A program made the position numbers and the translations under genes. The notes under the pieces were generated by a model. That model was not told the DNA's origin. It saw only the letters and a list, made by a program, of their open reading frames with translations, and ran no database searches. 64,000 nucleotides of DNA from assembly GCA_013239625.1 (NCBI GenBank), contig MU054323.1, forward strand, positions 13,439,950 through 13,503,949, read 5' to 3'. Each line of letters opens with the position of its first letter. Positions within the stretch are counted from its first letter, which is position 1. The DNA comes from Lama guanicoe (taxonomy: Eukaryota). This document shows, one piece after another, positions 1-12,415 of the stretch.

Positions 1-338
1 GTGGAATCTAAAAAGTTGGCACAAATGAACTTATTTATAAGACAGAAACAAACTCATAGACATAGAAAACAAACATGGTTTCCAGAGTGGGAAGAGGGAG
101 AAGGATAAATTAAGAATCTGGAATTTGCCAATACTAACTACTGTATATAAAATAGGTAAACAACAAGGTCCTACTGTTTAGCGCAGGGAACTATATTCAA
201 TACCTTATAACCTATAATGATAAGAAATGTAAAAAAGAATTACATACATATATATACACATATATATAACTGAATCACTATGCTGTATAGCAGAAACTAA
301 CATAACATGGCAAATCAACTATACTTCAATAAAAAAAA
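1..338 (+). mobile_element. LINE-1 3' UTR fragment with A-tail (young, camelid-like subfamily), cut by window edge
   Basis: Typical laurasiatherian L1 3' UTR blocks (gtggaatctaaaaa, acagaaacaaactcatagacatagaaaacaaac, cagggaactatattcaatacct, caactatacttcaat) ending in an A-run. Confidence 0.9.
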
Positions 339-548
339 GTCTCCATATCCAAAATGGAGATCATTATCATTTTTATCATTATTATATCATTATTTTAACT
401 TCCAAGGTTACTCATTCACTTATTCTACAAATATTTATTGAACACCTTCAGACTAGCACTGGGTGTTGGCAGTATATTAGTGCCCAAGGGAATCAGAATC
501 TCTGAGAATGGGATGAGAGATGGGTCTGGTTATTTTACTTTGGTAAAC

Positions 549-900
549 TTTTTATTTTGATATAAATTCAAACTTACGGAAAAGTTTCAAGAAGTATGTA
601 AGTAACTCCCATACTCTTTACCAAGATTTGCAAATTGTTCACACTTGCACTATTTTCTTCTTTCTCTCTGATCCTCTGTCTCTCTATGTACAATTTTTTC
701 CAAATCATTTGAGACCAAGTTGTAGATATCACATGCCTGTATCCTTATTTACTTCATTCAGTATGTTTCCTAAGAACAAAAACATTGTCTTATATAAATG
801 CAATACATGGTGAAAAATCTGGAAATTTAATGTTGGTATAATCCATTATCTAATCAAGAGTCCATATTCAAATTTCATCAGGTGTCCCAATAATGTTCTT
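549..900 (-). mobile_element. Ancient L1 (L1MC4/5-like) 3' end
   Basis: ttttattttgatataaattcaaacttacggaaaagtt...ccatattcaaatttcatcaggtgtcccaataatgt matches recalled L1MC 3' end in antisense. Confidence 0.7.
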
Positions 901-902
901 GT

Positions 903-1990
903 TGAAGGGTGGGTTTCCCAGGAAGCATCTGGGATGGAGATTAGTGTGCAGGAATTTTTATGGGAAGCACTCTTGGGATCAACATTGTAGAAAGGAAGAG
1001 AAAGAAGTAGTCAGTATTGGACAGAAGAAAAAATTGCACTGTCATGTAGTATCAGCAAAGGCTCAGCCAACCCTTTGGGGACCCTGAAGCTATAATGCCC
1101 TTTAATGTTGTCCTGAGATAAGGTGAGGGGTTTAGGCCTTTGTATTATACACTGACTAGTTAATGGAGCTGAGCTGCCCTGGGGAAGGAGGAATAACTTT
1201 GCACAAGACAGAATTCTCCAGCCTAGAGTAATTTCTGATGACGGTCAGCCAATAGTGCCCTCAATAGCTGGGTGAATAAGTCCTTCAGTCTTCAAGGGGA
1301 CAGAGCACATCACAGTTTCTACTATGGTCCACTATTTGCACTACTCAGATCCACTTCTCCATATAAATTCTGGGAAGAGTTCCTCCAAGATCCTGTCGGA
1401 ACTCTTTTCCTGGGGGAAATGGATAAGGTTAGTAGGATAAAAAATAGCCCTGACTATAAGCAATCAGAGCCCAAGTACTTGGAGCCACAACTGATATTTA
1501 TCTACTACCCATTTTAGATTCCCTCATTCTCAGCCACCATCATTGCTGAGTAGATGGCTTACCTTTCAGTATGACCCATATCTTCATTTCTGACATCTCT
1601 GAGCTCCTGATCTCCATGTCTTTCTTAAGCATGACTGCTGTGTTTGTCCATCTATCATCAAGATGAGCAAAGGAATGTCAGGAGGCACCCCAGCGGATCA
1701 CCAGGATCCCATCACATTCTTCTCTGTTCCATTATGTGGCAGCAGCCCTCCTCCTTCTGATGATCACAGTCCTCACTGCTAGCTGGCTGGCTGGGTAGCA
1801 GCTTCGGAATCCCATATGGGCATCTTGGACCACCCCTGTTTTTCTAGGACCACCTCTGCCATTGTTGCAAGCTGAGTTTCCTGGGAAGCAGATCTATCAC
1901 ACAGGAATTGAATTAGGGAATGTTCTTGGAACCATGCCTGCAGGAGGGAAGGGAAGGAAACAATATTAGGTAAACGAAGAAAATGGCTTT
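903..1990 (-). mobile_element. Deleted ERVL element: LTR16-like LTR (~903-1330), ~530 bp internal segment, and part of a second LTR (~1870-1990)
   Basis: Related LTR terminal blocks occur twice (gtttcccaggaagca...tcttgggatcaac at ~913 and gtttcctgggaagcaga...tcttggaaccatg at ~1877); the intervening DNA resembles ERV3-16A3-type internal sequence. Confidence 0.65.
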
Positions 1991-4900
1991 TCAATCTCAA
2001 CAGACTATCTCCTTACAATCTTGTAAAGTTCTACTTTATTAAAGGTTTTCATTAAAACTAACCACATCAGTGACAGTACGTGCACTGTCACTGTGCACTT
2101 AGAGCCCAATTTCTTCACTGCATTAGCTTCCCAAAGAATGAAACATTGGATGAACACCACAGAGATGAACATTCCTGTCAAGTTTTCCTGAAATCCTTCC
2201 TCTTATTCCTCTGCAGGAATATCTTTTATTCTTCTGAATTCAGTGGTTACACTTCAACAAGTTTACCATAAAATACTGTTTTCATTTACAAAATCATTTA
2301 TCATTGGGATATTCTTCAGTAGGATTTTTCAGTAAAAATTTTTTAAATGCCTCACTCGCCCTCCCTAAAACCCAGTTCTTTGGGAATGTAATTCTTGACA
2401 TAGAATCTAACAAGTACCATAAATGGAGACATTACAAACATTTGTTCTTTCACCCAAATGCATGGCCAATACTGAGTAATCTGTTCTAATATTTGTTTCT
2501 TCATCTCTTTAGCAGTGTTTTTTTATGTGGCTTCCCCAAAAATGTGCTGACAAAGGAATGCCTTTAAGTTTGTCAGTCTTTTGTTATATAATTATTTTAA
2601 CCTTTTTTTACTGAGACAGGATGAAGTAGAGACCCTAATGGTTTGTGACTTTTGTTCCTTCATTGTAAAGTATAAAAACCTCAAAAGAGGCTTCTAAGCA
2701 ATTATCGGTAGGTTTCATGAGATTTGTCAAGAACTGGATTTGTTTCACATAACTTTAAATATCTCTGAAAAACTGCTGAAATTTGTCTTCCTGTTCTAGG
2801 TGCTTAGCTTTTAAATGTACTGCTAATCACCAGAATTCTTATTACTAGTTAATATCTCAAAACTAAAGAGAATTAGCCAACTAAAGAGAATTTTATCATT
2901 AGTGGATAAGTTCACTAATATAAGTGGATGTAAATCCGTATTTTAAATGGCCTTCTCAGTAATTTTTGATTTGGAGAAACTACTTCTTGCTGTTTTAATT
3001 TCCTCCTCCTCCTCCCCCCATCCCCCTCCTTCTTTTTACTATAATGTGGCTGATTTGTACTCAAGAGTAGAAAGGTTTGCTCTGCCATTTTCTTTAGGTT
3101 CATTTTGCTGTTGTCTCTTTCACCTGCTACTATTTGGCAGAAATCTTTGTAAGTCATATTTTCGATATGACTGTTAACTTGGTTAAAATGAGATATTATA
3201 TGAAAATCCCCTTTCTGGGCAAACGTTAGTGGAATGTCTGAAGACTTGCTAGAAGCAATCAACTGATTGAGCCAGGACTATCCATCCTCTTGGCACTTTT
3301 TTCTCCCTAGGATATCTTAAAACCACTGAGGCTTGGAAATTGCAATTATAGCAATTAGCATACCTTGACTAATGCAACATTAATAACAAGTTTGAAAACT
3401 ATGGGCTCCTCGTAAGCCAAGTCTCCCCATTTTGAACTTGTAAAAGGTGGGTTTGTTTTTTTTTTTTGGCCTCAGTGCAGTTTTACCTTTGCTCCTATTA
3501 ATTTCACTCTCCGTCATTTGTCCCTTTACTCTAGCCTGTCAAGCTCTTTTGAGATTGATTCTGAGAATCTAGTATAGTTGCCATCTTCTTCCAAGTTTGC
3601 ATACTTTAAGCATCTTTATTCCAGACTTCACTATAAATATTAAGAAGGATATCTCTTTAAGACAAAAACAAAACAATACAATAAAATAAATTCCTTCTGC
3701 TCCAGCTGCTCAGCCACTTGTGGGGCTGACAATGACAGGATGGTTTAGTCTATACCCTCCACAAGGTTTCCTGCCCAAGGATTTCTGCATTTCAGAATAA
3801 GGCAACAGGAGTCAAACAACTCTTAGCATCTTTGTTCACAAACTTCTCCTGCCGATCAGAGATAGAGCTCTTCAGAATTCTCTCCCCATGATCCTAATTA
3901 CCAGCCCCACTCTCATTGTCTCAATGCTCAGGATTCCCTTATAAGAGAGACATCTGAATTAAAAGTCTTTCCCAGATTTACCTTTTACTGATTTTTGTTC
4001 CCAATTAGGCAATAAAACTCCATCTTTTTTCACTGACATGCCACATAAATTATCCAAACAGTTTGAAGCCCATAAGAGAGAAGGAAGAAGGGAAGATTCT
4101 GGGATGACACAATATTCCTGGTTTTAGTGGCTGCATTGAAAAAAGTTAGTGCTTCTTATCTACTTTCCACAGGGAAAACTGAAGGAGATAGAATCCAGTC
4201 TTAAACATGATGAGTTTGAGATGCCCAGGATCATCTACGTGGAGGTGTTGAGATGCCCTGAGATGGACCAGCCTTGAAGACCACTGGGATTAGTACTCCG
4301 CAATGTTCAGGCAGTAATTCTGAGGACACACTGAGTAAGTGCTCTCACAACTTTGGTCTCAAGACAGTTCTGGTCCTCGCAGTAGACACAGTGGGCCAGA
4401 AAGAGCCACAAGGCAAAAAAGGTTTTTTTTTCCAGATGTGTCTGACTCTATGACCATATACAATATACATTAGGCATCATTTTGCAAGCTGCTCTTGGAA
4501 CTCACCAAGTCCAAATCTAGACGAATGGGGATTGCTATTTGAAAAGCTGGTTTCCTTGTTGAGCCTACACAGCTCCAGGAGCAGACTGTAAGCCATAGCA
4601 GCTGGTTACAGTCACCACTCTCTGCTGCCACCTCCAGGTGGGCACATAGCTGTCCATCCGTTGTGCTGCAACATGCCACATCTTATACGGGGACTGCAGC
4701 AGCACACATTCGCCGCTGGGAAAATGAGACTGGTCAGGTCCTATTCACGGAGGTCAGAGCAATCAGTGCCCACCTCCAGGTTCAAGTCATGGTAGAATCA
4801 GAGCATCAAATTTTCCACGTGTGGCTTGGGAGTAGCTGCTGAATTGGGAGGCGGAGCTAGGGAGTTTGTCATTAAGCTGCTTTTGCAGAACAAGAATCCT

Positions 4901-5286
4901 ATTTTTACTTATATTGTATGCTTATTTGGGATGACTTTGGGTGTGGAGGCTAACGAATGTCATGGAGATAATGGCCCACTTAAGACACTTACCCTTGGTG
5001 CCATGACTTGGGCCACCATGCTGTTTTGAAAATGAGGTCATAACTTAGGGAGCCCAATAACCTAGCGGCCCAAGCCACAGACCTGTCAGGCTTCCATATA
5101 CCTCCCTGCCCGCTTTGTTCATTCTCAACCTCAGGAAATTTACCACATTGAATTCTTTTTTTTAATGTATATATAAAATGAATAATGTTTATAATCATCC
5201 ATATATCTGGTTATTACATTGTCAAATTAAATTTTTATTGGGGAAGAGTGTGCACAATTACAAAAATGTATTTTTATGGCATTTAC

Positions 5287-5356
5287 TATATATATAATAA
5301 ATATATATATATAATATATATATATAAAATATATACACACACACACACATACACAT
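5287..5356. repeat. Compound (TA)n/(CA)n microsatellite
   Basis: Directly visible dinucleotide runs. Confidence 0.95.
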
Positions 5357-5484
5357 AATCACATTCAATTCTTACCAGGATGCTTTCATTGAGAGAAGTT
5401 GTGCCTCTGCACCAGGAGAGCATCTTCACATTACACAGCATTTGACCCATGTTCTTGTCCACTAGGTAGTTATTGTTAGAATTT

Positions 5485-5600
5485 GAGGTATAGATAGGGA
5501 AATTGATATCTGGATGGTTTAAAGGTCATCCAGATGATAAGCAGCAGTAGAATTTGAAGTTAGGTGTGTCTGGTTCCAAAGCGCAGGCTCTTTCTACTTT
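5485..5600 (-). mobile_element. MIR SINE fragment
   Basis: atagatagggaaattga...agaatttgaagttaggtgtgtctggttccaaagcgcaggctctttc resembles antisense MIR core. Confidence 0.55.
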
Positions 5601-6376
5601 TCCCTGCTTCCTGTCCTAGAGCTTGGATGAGCTTCAGAGCCTCCCCAGCATACACAGTAGGAGGCAAATCTAGACTTCCAGGTTGATTAGTTTAATGCCT
5701 TAGGGGCCACATTCATATAGGGAAGTTCTTGACTTCCCTCAGGCTATCTCCCCAATCCTGTTGGATGATCATGGCCTATTCAAAGCATTAACCATGGCCC
5801 TTCAGTATGGAATTCTGAAGGCTCTGCATCTGGCATGGTGCCTTTGACACTTAATTGTAATGATACCTGTGCCCAGAATGCAGAGCCTCACAATGTCTCA
5901 AGGCCCGCCTGAACCACTCCAGTCCTAGTAAACTATCACAGTGGGTTTTATCACAGATTTGCCCATCTCCCAAGTCTGCAGCAAATTTTGGAGGTAGTAA
6001 ATATCCTTTATAATCCCCAGTCTTCATCCTCTAAACTTCTTCTCATCTACTTTCGTCATAGTCATTTGTTCACCAAAGATGGAGGAGGATTATCTGGTAT
6101 CAGACAGTGGCTGATAGTTCATATCTGACTTCAGAGAGCACATCTCCCTGGCACCCAACACCCACCGCCAGATGGCCAGACTGTACCAGCTCCATCCTGA
6201 AGCGCCTCTGCTTCTACATCCATCTGTCTTTGCTTTGCTCCTTCTTTCTGCTTTATGATCTTGTTTCTTAAATCTAACCCCTGATTTTGATGTTTGGACT
6301 CAGCTGTACTTGCTCTTTTTATTCTCAGACTTGACACTTTGTCATTAGATCAAGTTTTAAAAATGGTCCCTTCATC

Positions 6377-6629
6377 ATAGAAACAGAAAGTAGCCTGGCG
6401 ATTACCAGGGGCTTTAGGAGGGTGGGAAGAGGGAGTTGTTGTCTTAAGGGTACAGAGTTTCAATTTTGCAAATACAAAACTTCCGGAGATCTGTTTCACA
6501 ACAATGTGAATATACTTAACACTTCCGAACTGTGCACTTAAAAATTGTTAAGATTGTAAATTTTATGTTTGGTGTATTTCACCAGGAAAAAAAAATGCCA
6601 AAAAAAAAATTTAGCACCCAGAAAAAGAC
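6377..6629 (+). mobile_element. 5'-truncated L1 (L1MA/MB-like) 3' end with TSD
   Basis: L1 3' UTR (atagaaacagaaagtag...gggtacagagtttca...gaactgtgcacttaaaaattgttaag), A-rich tail, flanking 16-bp repeat aaatggtccct(t/c)catc at 6361-6376 and 6630-6645. Confidence 0.85.
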
Positions 6630-6833
6630 AAATGGTCCCTCCATCCAGATTTTTTCTAAGAAACACAAATTAAATTTGCTACCAATAGGAACTAATTAGA
6701 AAATGCTGTAAAAGAAGTTTACACTCTAAGGTATTCCTTGATGTTGGCTACAGCTATAATCAGAATTCACTCAATACTTGCATAACTTGTTCCCTTGAGT
6801 CACTCTCTTGTATGAGTTAAGAATGTATGTTTT

Positions 6834-6997
6834 ATACTTACCTGGCAGGGGAAATATCATGATCATGAAGGTGGTTTTCCCAGGGTAAGGCTCATCCATT
6901 GTACTCTGGATGTGCTGACTCCTGCGATTTCCCCAAATGTGGGAAACTTGTCTGCGTAATCTGTGGTAGCAGGGGATTGCGTTCGCGGTTTCCCCTA
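6834..6997 (+). pseudogene. RNU1: U1 snRNA processed (retrotransposed) pseudogene, full length
   Basis: Starts ATACTTACCTGGCAGGGG, ends GTTCGCGGTTTCCCCT; colinear with the 164-nt mammalian U1 with about 18 substitutions by manual comparison; followed by A-tail (6997-7017); 15-bp TSD at 6819-6833 and 7016-7030. Confidence 0.97.
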
Positions 6998-7040
6998 AGG
7001 AAAAGAAAAAAAAAAAAGAACATATGTTTTGATCCCTGGA

Positions 7041-7228
7041 TCAATGGTTCTCAAACTTCAGTGTGCAATAACAATCACAGGCTTATTATATATGCATATT
7101 CCAAGGCTCACCCTAGATCTACTGAATTAGAAATCCTCTGAGTCTGAGGCCCACAAATCTGCATGTTAAATAAACCCTGCACCATGCTGATACAGGCTGT
7201 CACTGTACCACAATTTGAGAAATTCTGC
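7041..7228. mobile_element. MER5-type hAT-Charlie DNA transposon fossil
   Basis: caatggttctcaaactt...tactgaattagaaatcctctg...aatctgcatgttaaataa...tttgagaaattctg termini and body. Confidence 0.7.
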
Positions 7229-8695
7229 TTTAGAAGGTATGCTGCTTCTCAGGCAAGGACCAAGTGTTTAATTTTATTTTTCCTTCTAGAGGCTCAATCT
7301 CAAAGCTTTGTACCTAGTAGGGACTTACATGTGGTTGAAAAAAATAGAGTTAAAAAAAGTATTTGGCTGGACTTGTCCTAATAAAATACAATCTGTAGCA
7401 TGTAGTTTCTTTCAGAATTAATTGTGCATTAATATGTATTTGAGCAAGCCATATAATAAGGAGCTATAATGTGAGGCTAGCTCCAAAAATGTGGCTTTAG
7501 TGTTTAGTGTTTTGAAACCCAGACTCTCAGAGTCTGTGATCTCATATAGCTATAAAAAAATCATTTCCTTTTTGAACTTTTTATCCCTCTTCAGCCTCTA
7601 AATGGAAATGAAGCATTCCTAATTTCAATCTGACTTACAACTTTCAGTTTTTTCTCAATGAAGTGTTAGAAGACATTTATGATGTATTTCATTGTGTAGT
7701 CTGTCCACAAAAGAATAACTGTGAATATATTTTTAAAATTCCATATACTTTAGAATTTAATTTATTGTGTGAAGAGAAGGAAAGTTTCATTTATCTAGTG
7801 AGCAAAGAAATTTGGAGTTGCCTGATTCATATTAAATTCATAATTTTATTTTTAATAGTCATTTACATTTACGATATCACAAAAATATGCAATGACATCT
7901 TTTTACTTTGACAATTTCTTATTGTCAAAAAATAAGACAATTTGCTCTTCGTGTTCTGGAGGATTTTTGCCCATTAGATGGATGGTTAGATAAATGTCTA
8001 TGATGGCTCTATATAACCCTGAGATTCTATGAATTTATACTACCAAAGTAATTTCTTGATACACTCAATATTACTTGGGTGTAATGTGAAATGTAACTTG
8101 TTCCCCACAGAGAACATAGTTTTTAGCCCCAAATTTGACTGTATAAAGTAAATTGCATAATAGTTTTATCTCCACGTATTTTTAGAATGACATCATGCTT
8201 TAGAAATACAAACATTCAAGTGGAAAATAAAAAATTGGATCAAATAATAACACCCAAATGATCTGGCTTTTAACTTTTCTAAGGGACTAATCTATTATAT
8301 ATTTTCTCTGTCCGCCTGTATTAAGGTGTCAAAAGTAACACAATGGTCAGCAAATGAGTTGTAGTTGTAAGAATACAACCAGGATTTGTGGCACTCCAAA
8401 ATGTCTTGAGAGCCTAGAAAAGGCAGGTCCAAAGTCACAGAAGCTTAGAACTGAAAGGACCTCAGAGATGGAGCATGAGCGCATTGAGGTCACTGAGTTG
8501 CCCGAGAGTGTATGATGGTAGAAAGATGACTTACTTCTCCCTTGGAAGGCAGTGCACTTCCCACTGCTTTGAAGGAGGAAAATTTAAGAAGTTGTTTTGT
8601 CTATTCTGCTTGTGGATAACACTGTCCTAGCCATCCTTTAGAAATTCACCTGGTATTATGGGTACTTGTTTCTTCCTTCTAGGTTGGTTACCCAT

Positions 8696-9193
8696 TGTCA
8701 CAGGTAGACCCTAGGGTGGCCCCCGTGATCCCCTGCCTCTTGGTATTCACACCCTTCTGTCCCCCTCCTCTGAGAATGGGCAGGACCTACAATTTGCTTC
8801 TAACTAACAGAATGCAGCAAAGGTGACAGGATATACATGGTTATGTGTATATGATGACCTTACACATAGCTGTTAACCATCATGATAGGAGACTCTCCTA
8901 TAGCCTGCCTGGCCAGACACAGCTTAGCTGGATCCACTGATTCAGAGTCTTACAAAGATGCAATCAAGTTGTCAGCTGAGGCTTTCATCTCATCTGAGGC
9001 TTTACTGGGGAAGGAGTTGCTTCCAGCTCATGTGTTGTTGGCAGCATCCAGTTCTTTGCAGGCTGACGGCTCGAAGGTGTCAGTTTCTTGCTTGCTGTTG
9101 GAAGGAGGCTGCCCTCAGTACCCTGCCATGTGCTCTCCAGAGGCAGCTCACGCCATGGCAGTTGGTTCTTCAAGCCAGCAAGGGAGAGAGTCT
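8696..9193. mobile_element. MaLR LTR (MLT1E/F-like): 5' part on plus strand (8696-~8900), downstream part inverted (~8920-9193)
   Basis: ggtggcccccgtgatcccctgcctcttggtattcacaccctt is the sense MLT1E/F start; cagcttagctggatcc...tcatctgaggc...ttcaagccagcaagggagagag is the antisense MLT1E/F body. Confidence 0.7.
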
Positions 9194-11735
9194 TTTGGTC
9201 ATACTGGATACAACCAGAAGACTCAGTTATTTTAACTTGCTGCATCTAATTGGGATGAATTTGCACCCCAAACTTTATGTAAGAATTCTAAAGCTTGTGA
9301 TTGTGTTCACCTTGACAACATCAATATAAACTCAGTTTTTATTTTTTTCATTAATTGTATAATCATATGTTTCTGGGGATTACAGAGTGTATTGACTCTA
9401 TTATGAATTCAAACTAATCTACTGTGCAAGCAAGGAAACTGTATGAACTATTAAATTAGCAACCAGCCTACCACTTGGCCTCAACCAGAACAGAGTGTCT
9501 GCCAAAGCAACACATTTTAATCTTTGATAGGTTAGTCAATTTCACTGCCATGTTTTCTTTCCTACTTCCTTCTCTTCCTCTTTCCAAATGCTGCACAAAA
9601 ATAAGGTACTGTTTGGACATCAGTGCTCTTGGAGCCCATGGCAATCTTCCTGTCTTCAGAAGTGTGCCTTGAACAGTCCCTATAATGATCTGTTTTCTTT
9701 TCTGCATATTTTCCTCCCAGTGATGGTTTTGCTTCTTCCTGCCCCTATCAGTGATTAGCTTCATGAACACCTTTAGGTTGAGTCCAAAGGTTTTTCCCCA
9801 AAAGAACACACAACTGACAAAAACAATGAAAAGTGTCTATGTTTCAAAATTAACAGAAAAACTTTTACCACAACATCAATTAGAATTTCCGTTAGTTATT
9901 ATGACATCAGATTTTAGTCTTGATGAAACTGATAAACTCTAGGCATTTATTACTAGAGAATCTCAAGATTATTATTATTTTTTTTAATCATCATTACCTG
10001 GAAACTAGCACTATTTTATTTTAGGTACATGACAAAGTGACAGAATACCAATCAAGGCCATAGCCAAATCCAGGGAGGGCAGTCTAGTTTTGATTTTCCC
10101 ACTGAATTTTAACCAAGGCTGGGCTTCTCCTGGGAGATATGGTGAACTGTTTCATCTGTGCCAAGATTATTGCAATTCTGCAAGGTAACTTTTTCTTGTT
10201 TACTGACAGTTAGGCCAAGTACAAATAAGCTACTGATGAACACAATTTGATTTCACTAAAATTAATGGAAAAGTTTCACTCTTATTCCACTAAGTCTTCT
10301 AGTTCCTTTAAAAAGTTGTTAACTTTTATATTTTATCTTTATAACGTGGAATTCCTTCCTAACTTGCAACCATCTTTTCAATGTTGCTGCTAAAATTTAG
10401 AGACCCATCCTTTACCTGTGTCCTTTGGATTAGACATTCCAACAGGTCTGATTTATGTTTATTAGTATGATACAACCATTCGAGTCAAAGGAACACAGTT
10501 TCCTCACACTTTGGTAACACCTAGAACTTCTGCACTTTGTGAACAAAGGTTATTATTTAAAATACTTACAAGGCATTCAGGCTCAGATACATGCTGTGCA
10601 TTGGGGTCATTTGAGAAATAATACACAGACTTTTTTGCATTTTCCTTGAGGACTTCTGCTTGGGTTTCCTTTATACTGTATTCATTGAAATTCTTTGTAG
10701 ATGACTGCAATAAAAAATGTGTTTTCCTCCACTTGCAGAACCAAAATAGCTGAAGAAATTTGCACATACCTTTCCTCATGAGGCCTTTGACTTTTTCCCC
10801 CTAATGCCTTTTAAGAGAGTCTATCGTTAATTTTAGATTAAGAGTACAGAGCCTTTCTGTTTCCAAAAATGTTTTAAAGCTTCAGTTCTAGAGACGGGCT
10901 ATGTCGGGAGGGCGTGAAGTTGCTCTTTTTGAGAAGTAAAATAATTCCCCACAAAAAGAGAAGGAAAGTTTTCAGAGAACAATGAAAGCCTGGTAAGTGG
11001 ACCTGGAGTTTCTCAGAAGAGCTCATTCTTCTCATGTGGGAGGATGGTTTGCTCCCAGAAACATACTACCCGGTTGCCAGTCATTTTCTTGCCAAAGTCA
11101 ACTCGTGTACCTTGTAGCCACCTGAATACACTGCAGCTGTTACAGCCTGACCACCATGGACTTCCTTCTTCCTTTCTGCTGTTACAACGAGGTCATTCAC
11201 TCCTTTTTCTCTCTCTCTTTTTTGTTTTTTTAAAGGACTCTTTTCCTCCCCATCTGTGCTGGGGGAGGCAGACACTCCCGCTTTTCCCTCACCAGCTCCG
11301 GCTGAGCTCATTGTTCAACTCATTGTTTCTCATCTGCAGGGCTTGGCATTAAGGCTGTGAATGGACAAGAGGTGCTGGGCCAGAAAACCGAAATCAAATC
11401 ATTAAACAAAAATGGGGAGTGGAACATTTTGTTTCTGTTTAGAGACTTAAATTTCTTCATATTTTCTTTGGTTTTGTCTTATTTCAGGCAACTTATAATT
11501 TTCCAACATAGCTGTTAGTAAAGCCTGCTTTGAATGTATGTTTTTTATCATGACTACCCCCAAATGAGAGAGTGCTTTCGTCTCTCCATCGCTCGCTCTT
11601 TCTACTGCTTTTGCCTTGCAGTTACTTTGGTAGCTCCTCCAAAGTAATTGGGAAGTTAGTGTGGCTTTTTAACTTTTATGTGTAAAAACTCTTCTAGCCT
11701 TCTAAATAGTAGTCAGTGGCATTAAAAGTGTTTAA

Positions 11736-11920
11736 CAACAAGATTATACTGTATAGCACAGGGAACTATATTCAGTATCTTGTAGTAACTTAAGGTGAAA
11801 AAGAATATGAAAATGAATATATATATATGTTCATGTATGACTGAAGCATTGTGCTGTACACCAGAAATTGACACAACATTGTAAACTGACTATACTTCAG
11901 TAAAAAATATATATACACAC
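11736..11920 (+). mobile_element. Short young L1 3' end insertion with perfect 12-bp TSD
   Basis: tactgtatagcacagggaactatattcagtatc...ccagaaattgacacaacattgtaaactgactatacttc; TSD aaaagtgtttaa at 11724-11735 and 11921-11932 after a TT|AAAA endonuclease site. Confidence 0.92.
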
Positions 11921-11977
11921 AAAAGTGTTTAAAAAAATCCTTATTCTTGCATAAAATAAAATCAGTGTCTCAAATTC

Positions 11978-12220
11978 TTTTTATTATTTATTTATTTGAG
12001 GTATAACTGACGTATAACTATATTAGTTTCAGGTGTACAACATAATTATTTGATATTTGTACATATTGTGAAATCAACACAATGAATCTAGTTAACACCT
12101 GCCATCATTCATAGTTATACAAATTTTTCTTTCTGGTGATCAGACCTTTTGAGATTTACTCACTCAACAACTTTCAAATATGCAATACAGTATTATTAAC
12201 TCTAGTCACCTTGCTGTATG
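11978..12220 (-). mobile_element. L1 (L1MA8/9-like) 3' end
   Basis: T-rich tail then tttgaggtataactgac...tttcaggtgtacaacataat...caactttcaaatatgcaatacagtattattaact. Confidence 0.85.
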
Positions 12221-12280
12221 CTCAGACTCTTTTTAGAGGGTTGAATATTAATAAACAAAGAAACAAAAGAATCCAATAGA

Positions 12281-12415
12281 CCGGTGCTTCTCATACTTTA
12301 GTGAGTATCAGAACCACCTGGAGTGAAAATACAGATTCCTGGGCCCCTGTCCTGGAGATGCTGATCAAAATGCTACTGATGCTACTGGTCTGTGGACGGC
12401 GCCCTGAGTAGCCCC
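12281..12415. mobile_element. Internally deleted MER5A-like hAT element
   Basis: gtgcttctcatacttt...tatcagaaccacctggag...aatacagattcctgggccc...ctgatgctactggtctgtggac. Confidence 0.6.

Noticed and set aside
5508..5536. 9-bp inverted repeat atctggatg / catccagat
   Set aside because: Short, lies in a decayed MIR and is compatible with chance
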